NCBI RefSeq assembly: GCF_006345805.1
Contig: NC_042999.1
Span: forward strand, 125,240,001-125,304,000
From: Octopus sinensis
Taxonomy: Eukaryota
DNA length: 64,000 nucleotides
Reading direction: 5' to 3'
The translations under genes were made by a program, and so were the position numbers. Shown here one piece after another: positions 12,704 to 28,466 of the stretch (positions are counted from its first letter, which is position 1; each line of letters opens with the position of its first letter). The notes under the pieces were generated by a model. The model saw nothing but the letters and a program-made list of their open reading frames with translations, did not search any database and was not told the origin of the DNA.

Positions 12704-14861
12704 GACACAACGATGATGAAACCTTAATGTAGTCTCTCAACCTGCAAGAAATAGTAGCCAAATCTTCCTTAAACTACACCACAGTATCTAAAAGACAGAA
12801 AAAAATGCAACATTGTAGCAAAGTACTGTATATTTCCTCGCTTGAGGCAGGTTCAAGGGCTTCTCAGTGTTTGAGTGTTATGAATAACATTTAAATTAAA
12901 GTCAACTTCCGCGGATGTAATCTTTTATCGAATTTACAACCCCTAAAACCCTCATTGGGCCCTGCAGATTGATATTAATGTACTTTCTCATTCCTTATAA
13001 AATTGTAGACAAAGTTTATCAGAAAAAAAGGTGGCGGTAGTGATGAATAATAATGGTATTCATTTTCCGCCACCAAACTTTGTAAAACAGTGTAGAAAAT
13101 TAGTAAACAAAAAAATCTGAAAATTCCAAGTATTTCAAGTGGTGGGAAAAAATTTAACAAGATTCTAAAGTGGTTTGATACAATCCAAAAACAAGTAATC
13201 GTCCTATGTCGTTTAAACATATTACTCTCTTTCACTTTCCTCACTCTTTCCTATTTTGTACCCTATCCTCTCTCTCACTCACATACACACACACAAGTGT
13301 GCATATGTTTTTGTATTTAGTGCGTGGTATGCGCGTGCGTGTGTAGGCATTTATTATATAATGAACGAATCGATGGTGAATTATGAAAGCAGGAATATAG
13401 AAAGAATAAGTTGCAGAAAATCATTCCAAATAATAAAAAAAAGTCCTTTGAGTTTCTATAACTTATCCTTTACTTGTTTCAGTCATTAGGAATCAAAGGG
13501 GGTCCATGGGTAAAAAATGGTTGAAAACTACTTGTCGAGGTTTAATTGTGGGCGCAATGCCCTCAATGGAATTTGAAATGTAGCGGCTATTATCGTGATA
13601 GTGAAAGGGGAAGAGAAAATATTCAGAAAGACAATGAACAAAGAATTTGTGATTTTTCAGTGTTTTGTTACCTAGATCAAAGGGGGAAACTAGGTTTGTG
13701 ATCTTTAAACATTCTAGATAGTTGAATTTGTAAGGTGTTGATGGTTCGCATCTTGGGCTAGGTACTAATGCAGTGTGTCTGTGACCAAGACACAATCCAC
13801 AGCCATTAAGTCTATCTATCTCTTAGGTGTTGTTGTTTAACCCTAGGTTAGTTATGACTGAGAGTTATCGCCAATGTTATAACAGCCTTGATCATACCAT
13901 CTTTTTGTATATGTAGAACTACATTCTGCATTGTGTCCTTCCTTTGGTAAGAAAGTAGTATGTGATTTGAAGGAATTTGATTGCTATTTCAAGCTACCTC
14001 GTATGTATTCCTTCATTGGTTTGCTCTTATGAGATACAAGAAATATAACTCATTGAGTAAGCAGTGGCAGCACTGAAATTAGATAGTGTTTTCAATGATT
14101 TGCACTGAGACCTATATAGGAAGAGACTGACCTATGAATTGTTAAAGGATTAGCTAGTTGGTGACTAGGAGGAGCAAGACACTCGGATGAATGGTAAACC
14201 ATTCCGAGACGCTGCTCGACAAGTTTACTTGTCATACTCAGCAAAAAATTTGTCGATATTGAATGTAACAGAAGACAATAAGTAACAGGAACTTGTAGAT
14301 CACCGAAATACTGCTTTGTAGAAATCGTCTCATTGTATTTTGAGTTCAAATCCTACCAAGGTCGACTGTACCTTTCATCCTTACTTGGTTGAAAAATAAG
14401 CTCCAGTTAAATATTTGGATTTATTAAATCCTCTATGCCGTTCACACAAAAAAATGTGCTTATTTTGAAATGGTAGAAATCGGTGTTGAAAGTAACAGTC
14501 TTCCACTCAGTAGAGTTTCCTAAATGCGAGACTGCTGCACTTAACATTGATTTCTACCAACGAATTGCTAAGGGGTAGAGGAAGAACTAGTACTGGCTCT
14601 GTACGCATCTGACATTCGCCACTGCTTACCGAACCAAGACTCCACTAAAACCGGTTTTCGTTGATTCCGATACAGCCAGCTTTTGTGTTCTTGTTATTAT
14701 TTAGAACCAGGTCAGCCTTGATTGAGCAACAGACCTATGGCTTCGAAAAGAAAAAAAAAAAACATTCCAGTCCTGCTTAGAACTTGTATACCTAGAACTG
14801 TTCTGACCTGTGCGTCGTTTCCACTTCCCCATTTTTGTAAGCCGATAAAATGTAGTCTGAG

Positions 14862-15402
14862 CAATGGCAGCTCGTGTATAGGCACTGCGGAACTGCAGTA
14901 CCACATATTTCCACTCGATATTATAGATAACATTCAATATAATGAGTCCTTTTTTCTTTAATTCTTTCTTTATACTTGTACAGTATATCATCCTTAAGCT
15001 TAATGTCAGTAGCCATCCCCTAGTTTATGAAAAAAATACAAAAATCCTTCTATAGAACTGTGCGCTTCACAATTCCAGCGACGCGGTGTTTGGCTCTTGT
15101 GCGCATGCTCACATGTCCGAAGGAAACAGAGAGCACTGTGTGAACGACAGTGCCGAACCCGGTATTTCGGTGGAAGGTAGTGTTTCTCTTTGACTCCGCG
15201 TGTGTTGTGCTTAAAAACATGTTTATATTTTTGAATGTGATAAATTAAACACACTACCCGGCAGTGGCTAAAACGCGAATCTATCAAGTTTATGTATAAA
15301 TTTTCTCTTTATATATTTGTTTCTTTTTACACAATATCAAAACAACGGTTAAAAATTTTCTGAAGCAGCACCCCAACTAATTTTATCTACGAGCCGCCTT
15401 TG
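14862..15402. mobile_element. hAT-type MITE with perfect 8-bp TSD
   Basis: Ends CAATGGCAGCTCGT / ACGAGCCGCCTTTG; AGTCTGAG at 14854-14861 and 15403-15410; second copy at 36505-37008. Confidence 0.88.
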
Positions 15403-15647
15403 AGTCTGAGGGAAATTTTGGTTGCACTTTCATACAGATAGTCACTGCATAGAAATTCATTTGTAGGGTCTTGTATTTTGTGTTGTACACCATGTAAGAA
15501 TTGAACCACTTCAGTGGTAGTGTCAATCAAATTCAATCTACTGGCCACCACAAATATCTTTATAGTCACTCTTATACTCTTAAATATAGAATCAGAACAC
15601 TGTTGCCATCCGGTGTTGATGATGATATTGATAGTATGGTTTAGTAT

Positions 15648-15929
15648 TGTTTGTTCCTTCTCGAGCCACGCCTGACTCATAAGGGCCAGTTTCCCGGTTT
15701 CCTTGGCGTATAGGTTCCCCACCTGGATGGGACGCCGGTCCGTCGCAGATGAGCTGCAAGATGCAGGAGAAAAGAGTGAAAGTTGTGGCGAAAGAGTCAG
15801 CAGAAGTTCGCCATTACCTTCTGCTGGAGCCGCGTGGAGCTTAGGTGTTTCGCTCATAACACACATATCGAACTCACGATCCCTCGACCGCGAGTCAGCT
15901 GCTCTAACCACTTGGCCATGTGCCTCCAC
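15648..15929 (-). mobile_element. tRNA-derived SINE family C (V-domain-like core), with TSD
   Basis: Head GTGGAGGCACATGGCCAAGTGGTTAGAGCAGC; TSD ATGGTTT(A/G)GTAT at 15636-15647 and 15930-15941. Confidence 0.88.
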
Positions 15930-17574
15930 ATGGTTTGGTATACTCTCGATATAGTGCTCGTAGTGATTATTGATCTTATCACTGCAAAACTCCTGGGATA
16001 TTAATTGACATTATTCTCCATGTAAAACTCTTGATTTATCGACCACATCAACGCAAGTATTGCCTTCTCATACTCTCAATATATTAGCCATTCAGATATT
16101 CCTTTATATCGATCACTTTGATCAATATATTCAATGCCTAACGGGCCCCCTCCCTTCCCCCCGCCCTCCCCTCCCTATTTATGCGTGCGCGCGCGCACAC
16201 ACATACACATTCGCTACGAAGTGTACTTCGTCGCTTTTGTTGCTTATGTGGCCTGATGTAAATAGAAAAAATACAGATAATGAAAGAGGACTCTTTGAAG
16301 GACTTCTCCATAATTTGACCCTTGGTGAGGTTATCTCCTTAATATTGTTCTTAGAGTTTATAAAAGTCACTCCTTAAACAGACCTGTTAAAGCACTCCAA
16401 TTTGACGAATATAAACATATTGAAAGCTTCGTGTTTTTCCTTTCTAAACAAATCCTGAAAATACCTTTTGTATACTTTCATGTTCAATTTACCCTAAATT
16501 CTAAATCTCTATTTACCCGATCAACCGATCGATGTAGTAAGATGAATGAATGAATAGCATTTCTTTTAATCGAATCAGATGAATTGCTTGCTGTATCTTT
16601 TTATACTTCAATATGGCTGTTAAATGAGCCATCTTGAAAAACCTCTGAATAATCTATAGCTGTTTCTCACACAAAATGAAGCAAACATAACTTATTGTAT
16701 TACTTTAATTCTCCGTAGTTCTTTTGAATATTATCGCTCCTCTGTGACGAGGTTTATAGAAAGAAGAGTCTGTAGCCATTTCACTTCACTTACGTTGTTA
16801 ATGCCCCCTCCATAGAGAGGAGCATGAATGTCACACAGTCCCGTTTCCATTACTCCCTTATAAACTCAGTTAAGAGATCAATATTATCACAGTTTCGGTT
16901 CTTTATATCATCATCATTCCCTCGCACGCGCGCGCACACACACACACTCCACCACCACCACCCTCTACACTGGTCACACTAACCTGTCCCGCTGTAGAAT
17001 GCAATTAGTTTTCAAACAGATACAGTGTTGGGAGAATATAGATAGAAAAGAGCTGAAGAAATCAATAGAGCTGTTTCTGGCAGCTTCGAGACTAACACCT
17101 TACAATAATCATACAGGATACTACAACTAACAACCGTCTTAACATGAACATGGTATTACACTCTGTTCTACAACTAAACATAAACTAATTACAAGAAACT
17201 ATAATATAGTTACTATAATTAACCATATCATTTCTAGTTATTAACGACAAGCCATTAATCAGTATCTAAGATGTATGACATGTAATATCTCTTTGTCGGT
17301 GGTTTTAAAACATATATTTAGTACGATTTCATGTAGAGAGCGTCGTGCAGGCAAGAAGTAAGCTCCCAGCGTGAAACCTCAGCGTCTCAGTTTCGATTTC
17401 ACTTCTCTTGCATTACTAGTCGACTTTGAATAGTCAGTGTCTGATAGAATAAATAAATGTTTTGCGATATTCGTTCCAGCACTCTTGTGTTTTTAAGTTT
17501 GTCTCACCAAGGTAAACTTTACCTTCCATCTTTTCTGGGGTGGTAATGAAATGTCAGATTATTATTATTATTAT

Positions 17575-18180
17575 TGCGGTGAGCTGGCAGAATCTGTGGC
17601 GCACCGGACAAAGTGCTTGGCTGCATTTCGTCCGTCTTTACGTTCTGGAGTCAAATTCGTCGTGGTTGACTTTGCATTTCATCCTTTCCCATGTCAATAA
17701 AATAAGTACCAGATGAACAATGGGGTCGATGTAATCGACTTGCCCCCTCTTCGAAATTGCTGGCCTTGTACCAAAATTTGAAATTATTAATAATAATAAT
17801 AATAATAACAGTAATTTTTAAAGCTATGCGAACTTTACCTTTCTTCTCTCTCCAATCGATAAAATAAAGTACCAGTCATGTACTAGGGTCGATCATCTCG
17901 ATTAACCCCTTCCCTTAAAATTGCTGGCCTTGTGTGCCTAAATCAGAAGCCACAAGAGTAGTTGATTAGTAGAATCGTTAGGCTACCGGAGAAAATACTT
18001 TGCAATATTTATTCCAGCTATTTGCTTTGTGAGTTCAAATGCCGTTGAGGTCAACTTTGCCTTCCTTCACTTCGAGGTCGATAGAGTAAAGTTGCAGTCA
18101 TGTACTGAGGCCTGTGATATCGACTTACCCCCTTCCCTCAAAATTACTAGCCTTAGGTCTAAATTCGAAATCAATATTAT
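17575..18180 (+). mobile_element. chain of tandem SINE family B copies
   Basis: Repeated GCGGTGAGCTGGCAGAATC head, CTTTCATCCTT..GTCGATAAAATAAGTACCAG core and (ATT/TAA)n tails, all in the same orientation. Confidence 0.8.
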
Positions 18181-21100
18181 TCCCCCACCCTCTCTCTCTC
18201 TCTATCTATCTATCAATCTATCTATATATTTCTATTTCTGTCTGGATTGCCCCTGTAATTCAAAGATCAGCCCTTATCACATGTTGCCACACTGGTCTGA
18301 CCTGAGAATTTTAGCTTGATTATTATCAAGGGTACACATATTTGTGGAATATTCAGTCGTTCTACGCATATTTCATGTGCAGGAATTTAGTCAAAAAACT
18401 AAATCCTTATCGTCGAGACCGAATCCATTAGTGCAATTTAGGAAAAGCATTAAAATCACCCCTGCTCATTTCTCTCCCTTTTTGAAATATAAAGATATTT
18501 TTTCCATGTAAAGAAATCAAGAGCAATGGTCCTATATGTTGAACAGTAAAGCCCCCGAAACGAGAATGCTTTGGCAGAATATAGTTCGGTACCATAACCC
18601 TTTTTTTATGTTGTATGTCTGCTTCTGATAGGTATTTAGAGCAATGATACTATGCCAAAGGCACAACAGTAAACTGATTACTTCACTACATCACTGACCC
18701 AAATTCAAACCCAGCCAAGATCTTCTATGCCTTTCATTCATTCGGTGTCGATAAAATATGCTTGCCTACACTCATACTCACCATATGAGTATATATATAA
18801 TTTACCTTGTACCCGGCATTCGTCTCATGTTTGAAAATTTGGCAAGAGATCTAACTTCTGGCTTCGAATCTCCACAAGTCGAGTACTTTATATATTGTCA
18901 GGTACTTTATATATTGATCCCAAATAAGACGAAAAGTAAACTCGACGGGATTGGAGCTCAGAGCAAAAGAGCTGGAATAAATAACACAAGGTATTTCATC
19001 TCACGCTCTACCTCCTTATTAAGCGCACTAGAACTGATTTGGTTGTACGATCATAATAGACTACAACGTTAATAAAAAAATTCTTGATGCCCATTCGAAA
19101 GAAATCTATATTTCAGTAAACTAGTGTTGTGGATGTTGCTCAGGTTGTAAATCTAACAAGGTATTTAGCTTGATGCAATTTTAGGTTCACATCCCACCAG
19201 AGTCTTTTGGATCTTCTTCCTCCGGGGGCTTGGTCAAATAAAAGTTATTTAAAGTAATATGGCCTATTCAGATGTTCTTATTCCCTTCTTCATATAACCG
19301 TTGTATGAGCGGGGAGTAAATATACTTTTTATGCCTAACCAATAACGGGCATCTGCCATGATTTATGTTCGGAGACCAGAGACAGTAAAGTTAGTGATGA
19401 AAGTAGAGCGAGGGATGAGATAGAGACAGACAGATACTAAAAAAATGCATTTTAATTGTTTCACCGCGTTAGCTGAAATTTGATAGTTATAGGGAATCAG
19501 ATGTGGGAAATCATCATCTGTCTGATAGTCCTTCCTTGCTCGTATTCAACTTCTGTCTATCTGTCTGTCTCTCTCCTTCTCCTCCCACCCCACCTTCTCA
19601 GAGGTTCCGCAAGACCAGTTATCTATTCTGATGTCGTTGAAAACTTTATCTCTAGCAAACACCATCTTTTTGCAATCTTTATTCATGAAAGGTTTTTAAT
19701 TAAGAACTATTGCACGCTAATGTAACATGTCACAGAAATGTACAATACCTTCTCATATTGTAATGAGTCAGCGAGCATTTAGTGTTTTTGTCATGAACGC
19801 AAACGCCAAATCGACATCTTGACACGAGCCGATGACCATTGAACCAGTCAGCTGATACCATAACACTTTGGCTAATTATAACTTACTGAAGGTTATTTAT
19901 AAAATAAATATAGTTACTACTTTCTATCCGGAAGTTTTTGTCTTCTATGTTGTGCAAAAGAAAAAATATTGTCTGTTCTGTTACAGTATATTCTAGGATT
20001 CAAAAGATTCCACCTCAGTCCTGTAAATCTTATTGTTAATTTGTATTAAGATTCGTTCTCTTCTGTCTTTATTTACTCTGTAAATATTTTGTCATGGAAA
20101 GAACTTCCATGATGCGATGACATGTATTCTTGATACGTTCTGCAGATTCAAATACAGATATGCTAATCACTATTGTGTTCGTCTTTGGAGAACAGCTTCT
20201 CCTTTACGACGACTGTATTCATAACGCACTCTATTCATTAGTACAAGGGATTTGGAGACACCGCTGTTTGGGCATTGTCCGAATATCTCTGGCTGACGAG
20301 ACACAACATGTTGAAACATCGTGTTCCAGAATCCCTTTCTTTTTAGTTTCAGGTCAGTGTGACCGAGTAGATCTATAGTTAAAGTTGTTCCAGTCATGCC
20401 AATCCCATCTTGTCAGTTCTGCTGCTAAATAATTAAACCAAATTGCGTTTAATGTGTTGCCCGCAATTTAGCAAAAGAGTCGATAACAAATACGACTTCA
20501 AACTTATTTAACTGAACGTCTGGTACATTTTCAACATGGTCATTATGACAATTTATTCAATAGTATGTGCTCGTGAATGCATACTGTCTGCCACAGATTC
20601 TACGACTGTTTTGTTAGATTTAACTAAAGACATTTTCGTAAGAAATTGTTGCTAAGTTATCGAATACAACTAACAAACATTTCAGTTCTAAATCAGCAAT
20701 ATGGGATAATTCCTGATTTTCTGTAGTTGACAGATGGTTCGTTTAATTCCAAACCGTAATCCATCTGTTTCTTAAGAATGTATGTTATTATTTTATCTAT
20801 TTTTTATCCCATTATTCCATATTTGTGAACCAACTGATGTAATGATTCTATTCATGTAATCACGCTCACAAAGAAAGTTACAATTCTTTCCACGTTTCTC
20901 TTTCTCGGTTTATTTGCTTCCATCTTTCATATTATGTCTTAATATGTGGAATTAAGATGTCATTTCTTCCATTTAGTAACTATGGCTTATGTGTGGTTAA
21001 TGTTATAAGCAAACATTTTATACTTTAGTTTGTTACTTACTCTTCAGAAAAATTATGCAATCGAAACAACCGATTTTGTTACACGAGAAATTGTTTCACT

Positions 21101-23210
21101 TCACTTGATTTATCATCTGAAATGGATAAGGTTAGTGTTGTAAAGAAAGGAGTAAACGAAAATCGAGTCTGCAGCCAAATTATAATTTTTTATTTAAATT
21201 ATTGGAATCTTGCAGTTATATTCTTTTTCTTTGTAAATATTTGACTTTGTGCCTAAATAAAAACAAAAATATTTAGCAGAGATCCTATTATAGAGTCAAC
21301 TTACCCTTATACAGATCCACACATACTTTTCTGCATATAAAACTAACTACATACGTAATATAAGTTGTATGTAAATACATATGTAGTATTTAAGGTTGAA
21401 CAGTTTATAGTAATGCTTCACTGGGCCTTTATTCAGTTCCTCATTTCCTAGTTCCTAAAATCCTTAGATTTATCTCTTATTTTGCTATCGAGCATGAAAG
21501 ACTTATTCTATAGCATTACCATAGAATATATTGGTATTAAATACCAGTATATATTTCTTTATAGCATCTGACATCTTAATAATTCCTATTTTCTCTGTTG
21601 TTGTAAATGAAATGAAGTTCATAATTGAATTTTATTCATTCAGATAAAAAGAAAATAGAATACAAGTTAGAATGTAAATATTCTAATAACTAACAGTAAA
21701 TCAGAGGAAGTAGCTGCTGTATAAACGTTTAGCGGAAAGGAATAGTTTTTGTGAAAATAATATGTTAGTGTTTTGGGAAAACAGTTTTTGAAGCAAACGG
21801 AATTTCTGAAGCTGCGATACAAAAGTACAAGAACACTTGGCACTACATCCTTCATTTTCCGTCACAGTCGTTTTGACATGCCGCTATTTTCTGCTTGCTT
21901 CACCGTTGCATTCTGATTAGGTTGCTATTTGTCTGGAACCATCTTGATTACATTACCTGCACATTACTGGGTCACGCATGACTTAAACTCCAGGTAGCAT
22001 TACTCCATAGATCACAGGAATACAAACTTCATCCATAACAAGGTAAAATGATAAAGAAAGAACGATTACACTTTGACTACAGAATGTCTTATATATAGTA
22101 CTAGCAGAAATACCCGTCGTTGACTGGATTCAGAAAGTGAAAATTGGTTAAAGCTATGGTTGAAAAGCTATTTTTACCGCTATCCGGAGGTGAGTCAGGA
22201 AAAATAAGTTGACAAAAGCACAGCCATGGTTGTGACCAATGTCCTCCTAAAATTGGAGCGATGTGCGTGCTAATTTGTGGACGTGCATAAAGTACATTCA
22301 CGTACACACACACACACACATCCTTTTTTTATCCTTTCTGTTCTTTGGAATGTCACTTCGGCGAGATGTCGATTTCTCACAAAAAAGCAAAAAAACGTCT
22401 TACCACTCCACTCTTAGATCTTACCTTTCTGTACCCAGCTTTCACTAATCCTGTTTATAGGTAAATGAGAAAGAAAAGTATTCTGGCCTTACAGGCATAC
22501 ATAACAGCTTTGTGATACATTTTGCTGAGATAAAGTTTTCTCGCTGATTCGACCTGAAATGAAGTCATTAGTGTTGTTAACAGTATAGCGTCAGCAGAAT
22601 AGTCGACCATCTAAACGTTCCTTTCGTAAGTAAGGAATCAGTAGATCAACAAACTGAATATCATCGACGAGACCCAATGAGAATCTACCAGTATGATATG
22701 TGGCTCTGGATGAATGAAAGGCCAAGTCGATACAGGACAGAAAATATTTCACATTCACCGTAGGTGTTATGAAATTACCGCTATCGTTGAATTCCGCAGT
22801 GGTTTAAAAGTATTTATCATCATATGAATTATATGTATTCCTTAAATATGAGACGTAATTGTACTTAGCCTAAGACTGCATACCTCATTTGAAAATCATT
22901 TTATTATCTCCACCATGTAATCACTTCTACTGCTAAAAGCCGGTCTGACGGTTAACCACCAAGACATTCAATTGATATTTACGTGTATTTTAGCCTCTAG
23001 TATAACATGGTTATCATCATTACTTTTATTCTCCTGCTCTTCCTACCACTTCTTCTCAGTGCCTTCGTTGTCATCATCCCCAATTTAAAATATTGCTTTA
23101 CTATTCGTTCGGCTGACAATGAAATCAGATCCAATCAGCCCTGGATGTGATTACGTCCTAAACTATGAGCTTTAATTCTCCCCCAACTTTCTCCACACAT
23201 GGTCTTTTTA

Positions 23211-23286
<76 letters not shown>

Positions 23287-23544
23287 ATATAGGAAAAGTA
23301 ATAGATAGATAAGAAGGAAATGAAGAGAAATAGAGCAAAAAAATCTGAAAAGTTATGCAGTGGTTCGGTCGGTGTCTCTAATGTCGAAAGCTGATACACG
23401 AAAACCTTCCGATTATTTCATCTGACTGCTGCAGTCACTCTATTGATTTCGCACTATCCTATTACACCACAGATCAATTATTATAAAAAGACAACACTAA
23501 ACCCATATTGTTTGTGAGCTACAGTACTGCGGAACTTTTCCTTT

Positions 23545-24331
23545 ACATATATACACATATATATACAGATATACATATATGTAGATATACATATATACAT
23601 ATATATATAGATATTATACTATATATACATGTATAATTATAACATATAATATATATATAATGTCTAGATATACTATATGTAATATATATATACATATATG
23701 TATATATATATACATATATGTATATATATATGTGTGTATATATAATATGTATTGTATATATAATGTGTGTTATATATATATGTGTGTATATATATATATG
23801 TGTGATATATATATATGTGTGATATATAAGTGTGTATAATATATGTGTGTATATATATATATGTGTGTATTATATATGTGTGTATATATATATATGTGTT
23901 ATAATATGTATATATATCTATATATATATGTATATATATATATAATTATATATATGTATATATGTATATATATATATATTGTTATATATGTAATATTATA
24001 TATATGTATATATATATATATTATATATATGTATATATAGATATAGTATATATATATCTAATGTATTATATATATATGTATAATATGATATATGTATATA
24101 TATATATAATGTTAATATATATATATATGTATATATATATATATGTATATATCATATATATGTATATATAATATATGTAGATATATATAATATGTATATA
24201 TATATATTATAGTATATATATATATATATGTATATATATATAAAATACATGTATGTATATATATATATATACATGTATGTATATATATATATATACATGT
24301 ATGTATATAATATATATACATGTATGTATAT

Positions 24332-24368
<37 letters not shown>

Positions 24369-26023
24369 CTGTATATATATATATATCTATAATACATGTA
24401 TATAATATTATAATATACATGTATTATATATATATATATATATATATATACCTATATGTATATAATGGTGTATAAATATATATATATATACATGTATGTA
24501 TATATATATATATATACATGTATGTAATATATATATATACATGTATGTATATATATACTATATAGATATATATATCATATAGTATATATAATACATGTAT
24601 GTATATATATAATATACATGTATGTATTATTAGATATATGTATGTATATATATATATACATGTATGTATATATATAATATATATTCTGTATATATATCTA
24701 TGTATATATGTATTATATATATATATATGTATATATGTATGTATATATATATATGTATGATATGTATGTATATATATATATATTATATATGTGTATGATA
24801 TATATTATATGTATATAATATGTATATATATATATATGTATATATAATATGTATATATGTATGTATATATAATATGTATATATGTATGTATATATATATA
24901 TGTATATAATGTATGTATATATATTATGTATGTATATATGTATGTATATATATATATGTATTATGTATGTATATAATATATATGTAATATTTATGTATGT
25001 ATATATAGATATATATGTATGTATATATTATATATATGTATATGTAAGTGTGTATGTATATTGTATATAATGATGTCTATATATATAATAGTACTATGTA
25101 TGTATATATCATATGTATATATGTATGTATATATATATATGTATGTATATATATATATGTATGTATATATATATATATTTATATTGTATGTATATATATA
25201 TATATGTATATAATGTATGTATATATATATATCTAGTATATAGTATGTATATAATATATAATATTTATATATGTATGTATATTATATATATATATTATAT
25301 GTATGTATATATATATATATATATATGTATATCATGTATGTATATATATATATGATATATAGTATATATGTATGATATGTATTATATATATATGTATATA
25401 TGTATGTATGTTATATATATATGTATAATGTATGTAATGTATATATATATATATATTATTATTATATATGTATGTTATTATATATATATTATATGTTATA
25501 TGTATGTATGTATATATTATATATATATGTATATATGTATGTCTGTATATATAATATATATATGTATATATGTATGTATGTATATATATATTATGCATGT
25601 ATATATCTGGTATATATATATATATATATCCTGTATATATGTATATATTATATATATATATGCATGTATAATATGTAATATATATAATATATATGCATGT
25701 TATATATGTGTGTATATATATAGATATATATCTTGCATTGTGTATATATAGTATATATAATATATATGCATGTTATATATATATATATTATATATGCATG
25801 ATATATAGTGTATATATATATATATATATGCATGATATATATGTATTATATATTTAATGCATGTATATATATATATATATATTGCATGTATATATTATAT
25901 ATATTGCATGCAGATATATGTATATAATATAATGCATGTATATATATATATATATTATATATATATATATATATATATTCATGTATATAATATATAGGTA
26001 TATATATATATATATATATATGC

Positions 26024-26072
<49 letters not shown>

Positions 26073-28434
26073 TGTATATAATATATATATATATATATGC
26101 AGTATATATATATATGCATGTATTATATATATATATAATATCTATATATATATATATATGCATGTATATATAATATATATATATTATATGCATGTATATT
26201 ATTATATATATATATATAATGCATGTATATATATATTATATATATTATATGCATGTATATAAGAATATATATATATAATATGCATGTATATATATATATA
26301 TATATAATGCATGTATATATTATATATATATATCTATATATATCTGCCATTTATATATATTATATATATATATATATAATGCATGTATATATATCATTAT
26401 ATATATATGCATGTATATATATATATATATATATATGCATGTATATATATATATATATGCATGTATATATATATATATATGCATGTATATATATATATAT
26501 ATATATATATGCATGTAATATAATATATATATATATATATGCATGTATGTATATGTATATATATAATATATGCCATCTATGTATATGTATATATAGTATA
26601 TGCAGTATGTATAGTATATATTATATATATGCATGTATATATATATGTATATATATATATGCATGTTATAATATGTATATATATATGCATGTATCTATAT
26701 ATGTATATATATATATGCATGTATATATATGTATATATATATATATGCATGTTATATATATGTATATATATATATGCATGTATATATTATGTATAGATAT
26801 ATATGCATGTATATATATGTATATTATCTATCATGTATATATGTATATATATATATGCATGTATATATATGTATATATATATATGCATGTATATATATAT
26901 GTCTTATATATATGCATGTATATATATGTATATGCATGTATATAGATGATATATATATGCATGTATATATATGTATATGCATGTATATATATTATATGCA
27001 TGTATATATATATGTATATATGCATGTATATATATGTATATATGTATATATATGTATATATGTATATATATTGTATATATATATAATGATATATGTATAT
27101 ATATATATGAATTTATTATATATGCATGTATATATATATATATTATATGCATTTAATATATTATATATATATATATATGCATGTATATATATATATGCAT
27201 GTATATATATGTATATATATATATGTATATATATGTATATATATGTATATATATATGCCTGTTTATATAGTATATATATATGCCTGTTATATATGTATAA
27301 TATATATGCATGTTTATATATGTATATATATATATATGCATGTATATATATGTATATATATATGCATGTTTATATATATATATATATATATGCATGTATA
27401 TATATGTATATATATATATGCTTATATATATGTATATATATGTATATGCATGTATATATATATATATATGTATATATATGTATATATAATATGTATATAT
27501 ATGTATATATATGTATATCTATTATATATATGTATATATATGTATATATATTATATGTATATATATATGTATATATATGTTATATATGTATATATATATA
27601 TATGTAATATATAGTATATATATGTATAATGTATATTATATGTATATATATAATATATATGTATATATATATGTATATATATGTATTGCATGTATATATA
27701 TGTATAGTATATATATGTATATATATATGTATATATATATATGCATGTATAATAGTATAATATATGTATATATATATATATTATTCTATATATATATGTA
27801 TATACTTATATTGTATATATGTATATGCATGTATATATATGTATATATATATATATATATGCATGTATATATATGTGTATGCATGTATATATATGGTATA
27901 TATATATTGCATTTAATATATAGTTAATCTATATATGATGTATATATGTATATATATATATGCATGTATATATATGTATATATATATGCATGTATATAAT
28001 GTATATATATGTATATATATATATTATATATATATGCATGTATATATATGTATATATATATATATTATATATTATGCATGTATATATATGTATATATATT
28101 ATATATATATATATATAATGCATGTATATATATGTATATATATATATATATATGCATGTATATATATGAATATATATATATTATGCATGTATATATATGT
28201 ATATATATATATATATATTCATGTATATATATGAATATATATTATATGCATGTATATATATATGTATATATATATATGCATGTATATTATATATGTATAT
28301 ATTATATATGCTGTATATATATGTATATATATATATATGCATGTATATATATGTATATATATGAATATATTATATATGCATGTATATATATGTATATATA
28401 TGCATGTATATATATGTATATATATGCATGTATA

Positions 28435-28466
<32 letters not shown>

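Noticed and set aside
15387-15929. 180-aa minus-strand ORF
   Set aside because: The first half is the family C SINE read through; no recognisable domain
20170-20397. 75-aa protein-like minus-strand ORF
   Set aside because: Its start lies in a family E repeat fragment; no homology recognised and no convincing splice sites
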